Source: Ferruginibacter sp.
Lineage (GTDB): Bacteria > Bacteroidota > Bacteroidia > Chitinophagales > Chitinophagaceae
Assembly (NCBI GenBank): GCA_040006615.1
Contig: JBDTWP010000002.1
Coordinates: 6,574-70,573, forward strand
Length of the DNA stretch: 64,000 nt
Direction of reading: 5' to 3'
The position numbers and the translations under genes are program-made. The notes beneath the pieces were generated by a model, which was given only the letters and a program-made list of their open reading frames with translations, was not told the DNA's origin and did no database searches. Positions 20,215 through 30,111 of this stretch are shown here, one piece after another (within the stretch, counting starts at the first letter, position 1; the number at the start of each line of letters is the position of its first letter).

Positions 20215-22629
20215 ATAAAGAGATCCATACCGGTAAGTTGCTTTCATTGTGGTGAACTATGTGATGATTTCATTGAAGTTGAGAGTAAGAATTTTTGTTG
20301 CGAAGGTTGCAAACAGGTTTACCTTTTGCTGAACGAAAACAATCTTTGTACCTATTATAATTTTGACAAAAATCCTGGCATAAAAGCAAAGGGGAAATTT
20401 ATTTCAGAAAGATTTGCATATTTGGATGATGTACCTACGGCAAAAAAGCTGGTACAATTTAGTTGCGAAACGCAAACCAATGTAACTTTCAGTTTACCTC
20501 AAATGCATTGCTCCTCTTGTGTTTTTTTGTTAGAGAACCTGCACCGTATTGAACCGGGCATCACCAAATCCCAGACCAATTTTCAACGCAGGGAATTGTT
20601 CGTCATTTTTGATCCAGTGCAAATTTCATTGCGTAAAGTGGTAGAATTGCTGGCTTTTATTGGTTATGAACCAGATATTAGTTTAAAAGACAGCACGATA
20701 AAAAAAGCAACCACCTTCAATAAAAAACAATTATATAGAATCGGGGTAGCAGGATTTTGCTTTTCAAATATTATGATGCTAAGCTTCCCGGAATATTTTT
20801 CATCCGGCAATATTGAGCAGGCCGGATTAAAGGCAAGTTTTACCTGGCTAAATTTATCTTTATCGCTGCCCGTGTTATTTTTTAGCGCCGCCGGTATTTT
20901 CACAACCGCATGGAAGGGCCTGCGTCAAAGGTTCCTGAATATTGATGCGCCCATTGCATTGGCAATAATTGTCACTTTCGGCAGAAGTTATTACGAGATC
21001 ATATCAGGTAATGGAGCCGGATGGCTTGATTCCGGAACAGGAATTGTTTTTTTTATGCTGACAGGCAGGTGGTTCCAGAATAAAACTTATGATTCTCTTT
21101 CATTTGACCGGGATTACAAATCTTATTTTCCACTAGGAGTCAGTATTATCAAAAACGGGATAGAAACTAACATTCCTGTTACCCAACTTAAAAAAGGAGA
21201 CTGTATCATTATACGTAACGAAGAGATGATACCAGCAGATGCCGTATTAATAAAAGGAAATGCAAGTGTGGATTATAGTTTTGTAAGCGGCGAGAGTTCG
21301 CCCCTCCGGAAGAATAAAGGCGACCTGATCTATGCCGGTGGCAAACAATCAGGTAGTGCAATTGAATTGGAAATAATGAATGAAGTTTCTCAAAGTTATA
21401 TTACCCAGTTATGGAACAATGATATTTTTAAACATAAAAAGAATATAGATAGTTCATTCATTCACCCCTGGAGCAGATATTTTACATCGGTGCTTTTTTC
21501 AGTAGCCGTTATTGCTGCTGTATTTTGGGCAATAACGGATAGTTCTAAATTGTGGCCCGCCGTTACGGCGGTTTTGATTGTTGCCTGTCCCTGCTCTTTA
21601 TTGCTATCGGCCACCTTTACCTATGGCAATATGTTACGCATTTTTGGCAAAAATAAGCTGTATCTTAAAAATGCTGGTGTTATTGAAAGCCTTGCAAAAA
21701 CAGGCACGATCATTTTTGATAAAACAGGTACTATTACTCAAAATCATTCATTTGCATTATTGTATAATGGCACCCCGCTTACCAAAAAAGAACTGGCTGT
21801 CGTACAAGCAGTAACCAGTCAATCTTCTCACCCGCTCAGTAAAATAATTTCTCATAATTTGGAAACATACCAAACTGATCAATTATTAACGGTAGAAAGT
21901 TTTAAAGAATTTACAGGCAGGGGAATTGAAGCGGTGGTGAACGATATGCCAGTAAAGATTGGTTCTGCTGCTTTTGTTAATGAGTATTACGGTGCAGCCG
22001 GCTACGATACCGGTTCTCACATTCATGTATGCATCAATGAAGTACATATGGGTGCCTTTACGGTCAGTAATGGATACCGGCCCGGTATCAAAAAAGCAAT
22101 CAGTTCATTACAGCAAAAAAAATATGAACTACACTTGTTATCAGGCGATAATGATTCGGAAAAAAATACGCTTACCAAATTGTTTGGTGCGGATGGCAAT
22201 GTTCAGTTTAACCAGTCACCGCAGGACAAACTCGATAAAGTAAAACAATTGCAGTCTCAGCATAAAAAAGTATTGATGATCGGCGATGGCCTCAATGATG
22301 CAGGCGCCCTGATGCAAAGTGATACCGGAATCGCCGTCAGTGATAATTCAACACAGTTCTCTCCCGCCTGTGATGCCATAATTGATGGCAGTAAAATTGA
22401 GATGATCCAACAATTTCTTTCCTATGCAGGGACAGGTAAAAAAATTGTGACTACCAGTTTTATACTCTCCGTCTTGTATAATATAGTCGGGCTTTTTTTT
22501 GCCGTACAGGGAACAATGTCACCCATTGTTGCGGCCATATTAATGCCCGCGAGCAGTATTAGTATTGTATTACTGGTGACCTTGCTGTCGTCTGTGAGTG
22601 CGCGGAGGGTTGGGTTGGCTGTTAGTTGA
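20215..22629 (+). CDS. ccoI: cbb3-assembly copper P1B-type ATPase (FixI/CcoI); start uncertain, non-canonical
   Basis: In-frame CFHCG..CCEGC upstream of TTG 20326, MHCSSC, SGES, CPC, DKTGT, GDGLND; lies directly upstream of ccoS. Confidence 0.9.
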   Translation: MKRSIPVSCFHCGELCDDFIEVESKNFCCEGCKQVYLLLNENNLCTYYNFDKNPGIKAKGKFISERFAYLDDVPTAKKLVQFSCETQTNVTFSLPQMHCSSCVFLLENLHRIEPGITKSQTNFQRRELFVIFDPVQISLRKVVELLAFIGYEPDISLKDSTIKKATTFNKKQLYRIGVAGFCFSNIMMLSFPEYFSSGNIEQAGLKASFTWLNLSLSLPVLFFSAAGIFTTAWKGLRQRFLNIDAPIALAIIVTFGRSYYEIISGNGAGWLDSGTGIVFFMLTGRWFQNKTYDSLSFDRDYKSYFPLGVSIIKNGIETNIPVTQLKKGDCIIIRNEEMIPADAVLIKGNASVDYSFVSGESSPLRKNKGDLIYAGGKQSGSAIELEIMNEVSQSYITQLWNNDIFKHKKNIDSSFIHPWSRYFTSVLFSVAVIAAVFWAITDSSKLWPAVTAVLIVACPCSLLLSATFTYGNMLRIFGKNKLYLKNAGVIESLAKTGTIIFDKTGTITQNHSFALLYNGTPLTKKELAVVQAVTSQSSHPLSKIISHNLETYQTDQLLTVESFKEFTGRGIEAVVNDMPVKIGSAAFVNEYYGAAGYDTGSHIHVCINEVHMGAFTVSNGYRPGIKKAISSLQQKKYELHLLSGDNDSEKNTLTKLFGADGNVQFNQSPQDKLDKVKQLQSQHKKVLMIGDGLNDAGALMQSDTGIAVSDNSTQFSPACDAIIDGSKIEMIQQFLSYAGTGKKIVTTSFILSVLYNIVGLFFAVQGTMSPIVAAILMPASSISIVLLVTLLSSVSARRVGLAVS

Positions 22630-22980
22630 TGGTTGGTGAAGGGTATGCTGGCTTTCTGTTTCTCACGGGGCCCACCCTGTGCTGTCATATTGCGACTTTC
22701 CTTTGGCCGCTCCGTTCCTGGGTGAAGCGACGGGGAAATCGTTTGCGAAAAAAACTTTGATCCGTATTGCAGCGAGTCAGGCACCCAAATTCCCGACCAG
22801 GAACCGGGAATCTTTTAGGAAGCGCGGAAGGTTCCAAAAAGGATTTCCTTACCCAGGCACACCCTGGCGGCGATGATACCATGAAAAGCAATTGTAGGTT
22901 ACCCCTGGGTTTTTCTTTACCGGACTGTTTAAGGATTATTCCCTTATTGCCTCTTCACTCCTAACCAGTTACTGTTCATT

Positions 22981-23046
22981 ATGACGAAAATCACCTGCCG
23001 GTGGGATAAACATCATATTTTACAATATTGTACAATGATAAATTTG
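22981..23046 (+). promoter_or_regulatory. Twin FNR/Crp-like boxes plus -7 element upstream of ccoS-ccoNO
   Basis: ATGAC-GAAA-ATCAC (22981-22994), GGGAT-AAAC-ATCAT (23003-23016) and TAAATTTG (23039-23046); same spacing as at ccoI. Confidence 0.7.
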
Positions 23047-23068
23047 TCCATAATAAAAATTATCACCA

Positions 23069-23257
23069 TTGAGTGCACTATTTGTATTGATCGGCATCAG
23101 CATCTTTGTAGCGGGCAGTTTTTTAGCCGCTTTTTTATGGAGCGTTAACAATGGTCAGTACGATGATGACTATACACCTTCCGTAAGAATACTTTTTGAT
23201 GATGAAACTGCCGCAACAACAAGCAATTCAGAGGAATCTTTAAACCCAGCCAAATAA
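23069..23257 (+). CDS. ccoS: cbb3 oxidase assembly protein CcoS
   Basis: TM helix followed by FLWSVNNGQYDD; TTG start. Confidence 0.92.
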   Translation: MSALFVLIGISIFVAGSFLAAFLWSVNNGQYDDDYTPSVRILFDDETAATTSNSEESLNPAK

Positions 23258-23266
23258 ACGATAAAC

Positions 23267-25393
23267 ATGCAGGTAGAAAAATTTTATTATGACAACAAAA
23301 CTGTAAAAAACTTTGCATTCGCTACCATCTTATGGGGAGTAGTCGGGATGCTTGCAGGCCTGTATGTAGCCTTGCAGTTGGTTTTTCCTTCACTCAATTT
23401 TACCCAATATGGTTCATTTGGAAGGCTCCGGCCCTTGCATACCAATGCCGTAATTTTCGCTTTTGTAGGCAATGGTATTTTTATGGGGGTATATTATTCA
23501 CTGCAACGGTTGTGTAAGGCACGAATGTACAGTGATGTATTAAGCAAGATACATTTTTGGGGATGGCAATTAATAATTGTTGCCGCAGCTATTACACTGC
23601 CACTTGGTATAACGGCGGGCAAAGAATACGCTGAGTTGGAATGGCCGATTGATATCGCCATCACTGTTATGTGGGTTGTATTTGGCTGGAACATGTTTGG
23701 CACCATCTTAACAAGAAGGGAAAAGCATTTGTATGTTGCCATTTGGTTTTACATCGCAACATTTGTTACCGTAGCAGTATTGCACATTGTAAATTCAATG
23801 GAATTGCCGGTAACCTGGTATAAAAGTTATACCGTGTACGCTGGCGTGCAGGATGCGCTGGTTCAGTGGTGGTATGGCCACAATGCGGTCGCCTTCTTCT
23901 TAACGACTCCCTACCTGGGTTTGATGTATTACTTTATACCCAAAGCGGCAAACCGCCCGATTTACTCTTATAAGCTTTCCATCATACATTTTTGGGCGTT
24001 GATATTTCTGTATATCTGGGCGGGTCCGCATCACCTGTTGTACACCGCTTTACCCAACTGGGCGCAGTCGCTGGGGATAGTATTTTCTGTGATGCTCATT
24101 TTTCCGAGCTGGGGAGGTATGATCAATGGCCTGCTGACACTTCGTGGTGCATGGGACAAAGTGAGGGACGATGTAAACCTGAAATTTTTGGTTGTAGCCA
24201 TTACCGCTTACGGTATGGCTACGTTTGAAGGCCCGATGTTATCGCTTAAAAGTATTAGCGCAATCAGCCATTATACCGACTGGATCGTTGCCCATGTACA
24301 CGTCGGCGCTTTGGGATGGAACGGTATGTTAACCTTTGGTATTTTGTATTGGCTGATCCCAAGAATATTTAATACGCCACTTTATTCTAAAAAATTAGCC
24401 AACCGTCATTTCTGGCTCGCTACACTGGGTATTGTATTTTATGCCGTTCCGTTGTACTGGGCTGGCTTTACACAAAGTTCTATGTGGAAGCAATTCACCG
24501 AAGCCGGCCAGTTAAAATATACTTTTCTAGAAACTGTTACTTACATGAAGCCATTTTATGCCATGCGTTCTTTGGGAGGCACATTGTATTTGATTGGAAC
24601 ATTATTGATGGTATACAATATTATAAAAACGGTAAGAGCAGGAAAACTGGTGGCCGATGAAGCTGCAGAAGCGGCTCCGCTGGAGAAAGTATATACGGCG
24701 CATAGGGGTGAACACTGGCACAGATGGATTGAAAGAAAACCTGTACAATTTATGATCATCAGCTTAGTGGTAATACTGATTGGTGGCGCTGTTGAAATGA
24801 TACCCACTTTCATGATCAAATCAAATGTGCCTACCATCAGCAGTGTAAAACCATATACACCACTTGAACTACAGGGCAGGGATATATATGTAAGAGAAGG
24901 CTGTTATACCTGCCACTCTCAAATGATACGGCCGTTCCGTAGCGAAACGGAACGTTATGGTGAATATTCAAAAGCCGGCGAATTTGTATACGATCATCCT
25001 TTTCAATGGGGAAGTAAAAGAACAGGGCCCGACCTTGCAAGGGAGGGCACCGGTAATCTTAAGAAAACGGATGGCTGGCACTTCCGGCATTTCAGAGAGC
25101 CCTCCTCTATGAGCGAAGGGTCCATCATGCCGCCTTATGCATTTATGTTATCAGATAATCTTGACACTACGACCACCCGGGCTAAAATAAATGCGATGAG
25201 AACATTAGGAGTGCCTTATGAAAAAGGATTTGAAAACATTGCAAATGATAACCTGATGGTTCAGGCTAAAGGAATTTCAGACAATCTGAAAGCAGATAGC
25301 ATCAGAGTTTCGCCCGACAGGGAGGTTATTGCATTGATCGCATACATACAACGTATGGGAACTGACATAAGTAATCAACCAGCTAATAAATAA
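23267..25393 (+). CDS. ccoN: cbb3-type cytochrome c oxidase subunit I/II fusion
   Basis: RLRPLHTN, WWYGHNAV, WAGPHH, AHVH, then a CcoO domain with EGCYTCHSQ and GSKRTGPDL. Confidence 0.98.
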   Translation: MQVEKFYYDNKTVKNFAFATILWGVVGMLAGLYVALQLVFPSLNFTQYGSFGRLRPLHTNAVIFAFVGNGIFMGVYYSLQRLCKARMYSDVLSKIHFWGWQLIIVAAAITLPLGITAGKEYAELEWPIDIAITVMWVVFGWNMFGTILTRREKHLYVAIWFYIATFVTVAVLHIVNSMELPVTWYKSYTVYAGVQDALVQWWYGHNAVAFFLTTPYLGLMYYFIPKAANRPIYSYKLSIIHFWALIFLYIWAGPHHLLYTALPNWAQSLGIVFSVMLIFPSWGGMINGLLTLRGAWDKVRDDVNLKFLVVAITAYGMATFEGPMLSLKSISAISHYTDWIVAHVHVGALGWNGMLTFGILYWLIPRIFNTPLYSKKLANRHFWLATLGIVFYAVPLYWAGFTQSSMWKQFTEAGQLKYTFLETVTYMKPFYAMRSLGGTLYLIGTLLMVYNIIKTVRAGKLVADEAAEAAPLEKVYTAHRGEHWHRWIERKPVQFMIISLVVILIGGAVEMIPTFMIKSNVPTISSVKPYTPLELQGRDIYVREGCYTCHSQMIRPFRSETERYGEYSKAGEFVYDHPFQWGSKRTGPDLAREGTGNLKKTDGWHFRHFREPSSMSEGSIMPPYAFMLSDNLDTTTTRAKINAMRTLGVPYEKGFENIANDNLMVQAKGISDNLKADSIRVSPDREVIALIAYIQRMGTDISNQPANK

Positions 25394-25396
25394 GCC

Positions 25397-25585
25397 ATGT
25401 ATAAATTTATCAAACAGTACACCGAAAAAATGGATCATGCAGCTATTTATCCAATGATCTCCCTGTTCATTTTCTTTTTATTCTTTGTAGTGCTCCTGGT
25501 ATTGGTAAATAAAATGGATAAACAAAGGGTCATAGAATTATCAAATATACCATTGGACAAAGATGAAACCACTACCACCAATTAA
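25397..25585 (+). CDS. ccoQ: cbb3 oxidase subunit CcoQ
   Basis: Small single-TM protein between ccoNO and ccoP, with an IPL motif. Confidence 0.88.
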   Translation: MYKFIKQYTEKMDHAAIYPMISLFIFFLFFVVLLVLVNKMDKQRVIELSNIPLDKDETTTTN

Positions 25586-25594
25586 AAGACTTTT

Positions 25595-26758
25595 ATGAGT
25601 TTACAAAATTTAATATATAAAAAAATAGCAGTTACTTCATTGTTTCTTTTGACTGGGTTTACCATGCTGGCACAAAATGCGGTGGCTGCTAAAACGGTTG
25701 AATCCGGGAATAATTTATTAGCGACCTTACTTATTATCATAGCCATTGTGTTGATTTTTGTAATATATGGAATGGGTCAGGTGCTTATTGCAATTTCGCG
25801 GCAGTTACTCGACAAAAATAAGGCGGGTTCAAAAATTACTCCGCTTTCGCTGTTGGTAATTTTGTCAATACTTTCATTATATGTGTCGGCACAGGATGCA
25901 GTAACAGGAGGCGCTGTAAAAGTTATACCAAACTACGGGGGGCTTTCTGCCAATACATTTTATTTTTTGACAGCCGTTATTGCAACAGAGATCATCGCTA
26001 TCTTATTCCTCTTTTTTTCCATCAGGAGAATATACAGGGAAATGCTTCCTCAAAAGGCAGCGGCTATTGCAGGAGAATCTAAACTGGCAGCGTTGTGGGT
26101 AAAGCTGGATAAAAAATTATTTACAAAAGCCATACCACTGGAAAGAGAAACGGATGCATTGCTGGATCATAATTATGATGGCATCCAGGAACTGAATAAT
26201 GCATTACCGCCCTGGTGGAAATATGGTTTTATCATCACAATTGGTTTTGCCCTCGTTTATTTATTAAATTTTCATGTATTGGGCAACGGTAAAAATCCGA
26301 CGGAAGAATACCTGGTGGAAATGGACAATGCAAAAATTGAAAAAGAAGCATTTGAGGCTAAAAATAAAGATAGGATTGATGAGGCAAATGTACCAATGGC
26401 TGGTGCAGAAGGTGTAAAAAAAGGGAAAGAATTTTATATGGCTAATTGTGTTGCCTGTCATGGCCAGAAGGGCGAAGGTGGTGCGGGTCCAAACCTTACA
26501 GATGATTATTGGCTTCATAAAGGTTCGCTGAATGATATTTATAATACTATCAAAAAAGGGTATTCCGATAAGGGCATGCAATCATGGGCTATAAAATTTA
26601 ACCCAAAGGAAATCAGCGAACTGGCCAGTTTTGTTACAACCCTTAAAGGCACGAACCCTCCCGGGGGTAAGGCTCCGCAGGGCGATCTTTATATTGGAAC
26701 TTCCGTTACTGATTCTTCAACAATAACCAAGCCTGGTAACGACGTAACAGCAAAATAA
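25595..26758 (+). CDS. ccoP: cbb3 oxidase subunit CcoP (mono-haem, extended N-terminus)
   Basis: DHNYDGIQELNNALPPWW, CVACH, GPNLTD, KGMQSW. Confidence 0.95.
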   Translation: MSLQNLIYKKIAVTSLFLLTGFTMLAQNAVAAKTVESGNNLLATLLIIIAIVLIFVIYGMGQVLIAISRQLLDKNKAGSKITPLSLLVILSILSLYVSAQDAVTGGAVKVIPNYGGLSANTFYFLTAVIATEIIAILFLFFSIRRIYREMLPQKAAAIAGESKLAALWVKLDKKLFTKAIPLERETDALLDHNYDGIQELNNALPPWWKYGFIITIGFALVYLLNFHVLGNGKNPTEEYLVEMDNAKIEKEAFEAKNKDRIDEANVPMAGAEGVKKGKEFYMANCVACHGQKGEGGAGPNLTDDYWLHKGSLNDIYNTIKKGYSDKGMQSWAIKFNPKEISELASFVTTLKGTNPPGGKAPQGDLYIGTSVTDSSTITKPGNDVTAK

Positions 26759-26763
26759 TAGCC

Positions 26764-28257
26764 ATGGAATTTGTGCAAAATATACCTGTTAAAGAATCAT
26801 TCCGGGACTCTGTTGCTACCATTACCAGGGAGGGAAACAGGAATTTTATTCATCCTAAAAAACCCAGGGGTAAATTTTATAGCCTGAGAAACTGGTTTAG
26901 TATTTTTTACCTTATCATATTTTTTACATTGCCGTTTATTAAAGTAAATGGCGCGCCATTGTTGATGATCAATATCCTGGAACGCAAGTTCATATTGTTT
27001 GGCCTTATTTTCTGGCCGCAAGATTTTTTTATTTTCGGAATCGGGATGGTTACGTTCATTGTTTTTGTCATTTTATTTACGGTAGTATTTGGCAGGATCT
27101 TTTGCGGATGGGCATGCCCGCAAACTATTTTTATGGAAATGGTATTCAGAAAGATCGAGTATTGGATAGATGGGGACGCCACACAGCAAAAGCATTTGAA
27201 GGCAATGCCCTGGAACACGAAAAAAATAATGAAACGGGGGATTAAATTCATTGTTTTTTTCCTGCTTTCGTTCATAATCGCCAATTTCTTTTTAGCCTAC
27301 CTCATCAGTATGGATAAGTTGCTTGGTTATATGACGGACCCGGCAGGTCATATAGGTACGCTTATTTCATTACTTGGATTTACTACCATTTTCTTTTTTG
27401 TCTATTGGTGGTTTAGAGAGCAGGTTTGCATTGTAGTATGTCCATATGGCCGGTTACAGGGAGTGTTGCTTGATAAAGATTCTATCGTTGTAGCTTATGA
27501 TCGTTTAAGGGGGGAACCGAGAGGAAAGCTGGTGAAGAAAAAAGATCATTATGATGGCGGCTACGGGAAATGTGACGAATGCAAAGCTAATGGCTCCTGT
27601 AATAGTTTGACCGAAACTTTTGTGCCGGTGGCAAAAGCCGCGGATTGTGTTGATTGTTATGCCTGCGTAAGGGTTTGTCCAACGGGTATAGATATCCGTA
27701 ACGGGACGCAGTTGGAATGCATTAACTGTACTGCATGTATAGATGCTTGTGATGCCATTATGATGAGCATTAACAAACCGGTGGGTCTGATCCGGTATGC
27801 CTCTGAAAATAGTATTGTAAATGGAGTTCAACTAAAGTTTAGTTCCCGGATAAGGGCCTACACAACAGTGCTGGCTCTTTTAATATCCCTGCTGGTATTT
27901 CTATTGGTTAGCCGGACAGATCTGGATGCAACGCTGATGCGCACTTCCGGAATGACCTATACTGCATTAACCGATGGACGAATCGAAAACTTATACAGCT
28001 TAAAGCTGGCTAATAAGACTCATAAAGATATTACCATCAATTTACGGCTGGAAAATATGGCTGGAGAAATTACAATTGTAGGCAGCAGTAACCTGGTGGT
28101 CAAACGAGAAGATTACAGTAACCTGCAATTCTTCGTTAAACTTAATAGAAATGAGGTGAAGAGCTGGAAAACAATGCTGAAGATAGGCCTGTATCAAAAC
28201 AATAAAAAAATAAAAACCATCTCTGCGAAATTTATCGGGCCGGAAGAGTATGAATAA
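26764..28257 (+). CDS. ccoG: Cytochrome c oxidase accessory protein CcoG
   Basis: CGWACPQT, CPYGRLQ, CVDCYACVRVCPTG, CINCTACIDACD. Confidence 0.96.
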   Translation: MEFVQNIPVKESFRDSVATITREGNRNFIHPKKPRGKFYSLRNWFSIFYLIIFFTLPFIKVNGAPLLMINILERKFILFGLIFWPQDFFIFGIGMVTFIVFVILFTVVFGRIFCGWACPQTIFMEMVFRKIEYWIDGDATQQKHLKAMPWNTKKIMKRGIKFIVFFLLSFIIANFFLAYLISMDKLLGYMTDPAGHIGTLISLLGFTTIFFFVYWWFREQVCIVVCPYGRLQGVLLDKDSIVVAYDRLRGEPRGKLVKKKDHYDGGYGKCDECKANGSCNSLTETFVPVAKAADCVDCYACVRVCPTGIDIRNGTQLECINCTACIDACDAIMMSINKPVGLIRYASENSIVNGVQLKFSSRIRAYTTVLALLISLLVFLLVSRTDLDATLMRTSGMTYTALTDGRIENLYSLKLANKTHKDITINLRLENMAGEITIVGSSNLVVKREDYSNLQFFVKLNRNEVKSWKTMLKIGLYQNNKKIKTISAKFIGPEEYE

Positions 28258-28331
28258 TGAGTGATGAGTAATAAGTAATGAATGGTGATGAACATTGACG
28301 AAACAAAATCACCGCAAAAAAAAATTTGACT

Positions 28332-28763
28332 ATGAACTGGGGACATAAAATAATAGTGGTATATGCAGTATTTGTTGCCGGTATGTTATTACTGGCTTAT
28401 AAATCTTCCAGGCAGAATATTGAACTGGTAACCGAAGATTACTACGCCAGGGAACTCGTGTATCAAAAAAAAATCGATGAGGCAAAACGGACCGCATTAT
28501 TGTCAGCACCAGTAAATATTAAATTCAGCAACCATGAGTTAAACATTAATTTCCCAAAGGATTTTGCGGCAAAGGAAATTTCCGGTGAGCTGATATTGTA
28601 TTGCCCTTCTGATGAAAAAAGGGATATATGGCGGAAATTTAAAGTAACTGACGGTACCGTAAAAATTACGGTGCCTGGAAGCAATCACGGATTACATTAC
28701 GTTAAGATAAATTGGGATACGGAGGGGGTAAATTATTATTACGAACAGAAAATAATTATATAA
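28332..28763 (+). CDS. ccoH: FixH/CcoH family protein
   Basis: MNWGHKI, TM helix, LVTEDYY; position after ccoG. Confidence 0.88.
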   Translation: MNWGHKIIVVYAVFVAGMLLLAYKSSRQNIELVTEDYYARELVYQKKIDEAKRTALLSAPVNIKFSNHELNINFPKDFAAKEISGELILYCPSDEKRDIWRKFKVTDGTVKITVPGSNHGLHYVKINWDTEGVNYYYEQKIII

Positions 28764-28765
28764 CA

Positions 28766-29497
28766 ATGGCAGCTTTGTTTTTCGCGGCATTAACCCTCGG
28801 CATGATAGGAAGCTTTCATTGCATTGGCATGTGCGGGCCACTGGCATTTTCATTGCCGCTCAGCAATAATAGTGACTTTGCGAAATTTGCCGGCAGTTTT
28901 TTATATAATATTGGCAGAATGGTTACATACGGCAGCCTGGGTTTATTATTCGGATTGGCAGGAAAGAGTTTTTCACTTTTTGGCTTTCAGCAATGGTTAT
29001 CTGTCTGTGTGGGAATGGCCCTATTATTTTTTCTGTTCATTCCCAAAAAATGGATCGCCATTATGGGCTCAAATAATATCGTTTCCACATATACGTATAA
29101 AATAAGGTCGACACTTGGTCAATTATTTCTTAAAAAAAATTACCACTCATTATTTGCAATAGGTTTATTAAACGGTCTCTTGCCGTGTGGCTTGATTTAT
29201 ATCGCTGTCGCAGGTGCAATTGCTTCCGGGGATCCTTATAGAAGCGCTTTTTTTATGGCGGCGTTTGGCCTTGGCACTTTACCTGTTATGTGGAGCGTTT
29301 CTTTCTTTGGTAATTATATGGGGATCGGGCTACGACAAAGAATACGAAGTGCCTATCCGGTAATGATGGTGTTGATGGCATGCCTGTTAATAGTAAGGGG
29401 GATGGGTTTAGGCATACCGTATCTGAGCCCGGCAAAAAATAACAATATTCAGGAAGTGCAAATTTGTCATCCTGTAGTTCAGAATTCGAGGCCTTAA
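28766..29497 (+). CDS. DsbD_2 / TauE-SafE family membrane protein
   Basis: SFHCIGMCGP, NGLLPCGLIY, FGLGTLP. Confidence 0.9.
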   Translation: MAALFFAALTLGMIGSFHCIGMCGPLAFSLPLSNNSDFAKFAGSFLYNIGRMVTYGSLGLLFGLAGKSFSLFGFQQWLSVCVGMALLFFLFIPKKWIAIMGSNNIVSTYTYKIRSTLGQLFLKKNYHSLFAIGLLNGLLPCGLIYIAVAGAIASGDPYRSAFFMAAFGLGTLPVMWSVSFFGNYMGIGLRQRIRSAYPVMMVLMACLLIVRGMGLGIPYLSPAKNNNIQEVQICHPVVQNSRP

Positions 29498-29682
29498 TCC
29501 CGGTAGTGATATTAAGGTACCAGGTCCTAAAAACTTCAAAGTGCAGCCGGAGGAGGGCAGCCCGGATTTTTGTCATTGTTGGTTTCCGGACAAACTGCAG
29601 AATAGAAAGGATAACAGGGGGTTTAAAAAGAATTTAAAATAAATAGCATTTGCTTAACGTTATAAATAATAAAGAACAACTA

Positions 29683-30063
29683 ATGACCGGTTCGAATAAA
29701 GCAGAGCAATTTTTACACGAAAATATGACGTGGAAGCGTATGCTTGATTTTTTTATCCAGGAAAACAGTTTTTTAAAAACCAGGCTAAGTGAGGTAGTTG
29801 ACCGGGAGAATGATAAAATATTTATCGCCATCGCCGAGCAGTTTCAAAATGAGTTCATACAAAAAGATGAGTGCATATTTGACATCAGGAATGATATAAA
29901 GGCCCAGGAAAAAAACCTTCAACTTGCATTTTCACAAAAAATGGAACCTGATCATAGGACCTGTAAGAAGCAGGAAAAGCTTCGAAATGAAATGTCTTAC
30001 TTTGAAAAAGAATTCTCCAATTCAAAAAATCAATTTAATAGGTACCTGCTTTCCATAGTGTAA
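29683..30063 (+). CDS. Helical hypothetical protein
   Basis: ATG 29683 after an A-rich leader; coiled, charged sequence (QENSFLKTRLSE, AEQFQNEF). Confidence 0.75.
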   Translation: MTGSNKAEQFLHENMTWKRMLDFFIQENSFLKTRLSEVVDRENDKIFIAIAEQFQNEFIQKDECIFDIRNDIKAQEKNLQLAFSQKMEPDHRTCKKQEKLRNEMSYFEKEFSNSKNQFNRYLLSIV

Positions 30064-30111
30064 TGTGCTTATGGCTGAATTGCTCAATTACTTGATTGCT
30101 CAATGAAGAAA

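Noticed and set aside
22422-22964. Several 65-120 aa ORFs between ccoI and ccoS
   Set aside because: Mutually overlapping with atypical composition; likely a by-product of a GC-rich insert.
23267-25393. ccoN-ccoO fusion as a novelty
   Set aside because: This is the standard arrangement in Bacteroidota.
28255-28300. Short tandem repeats as a CRISPR array
   Set aside because: 7-bp period, no spacers, no cas genes.
29563-29576. Possible third FNR-like box upstream of the 29683 gene
   Set aside because: Only one good half-site, and it lacks the 22/23-bp architecture seen at ccoI and ccoS.
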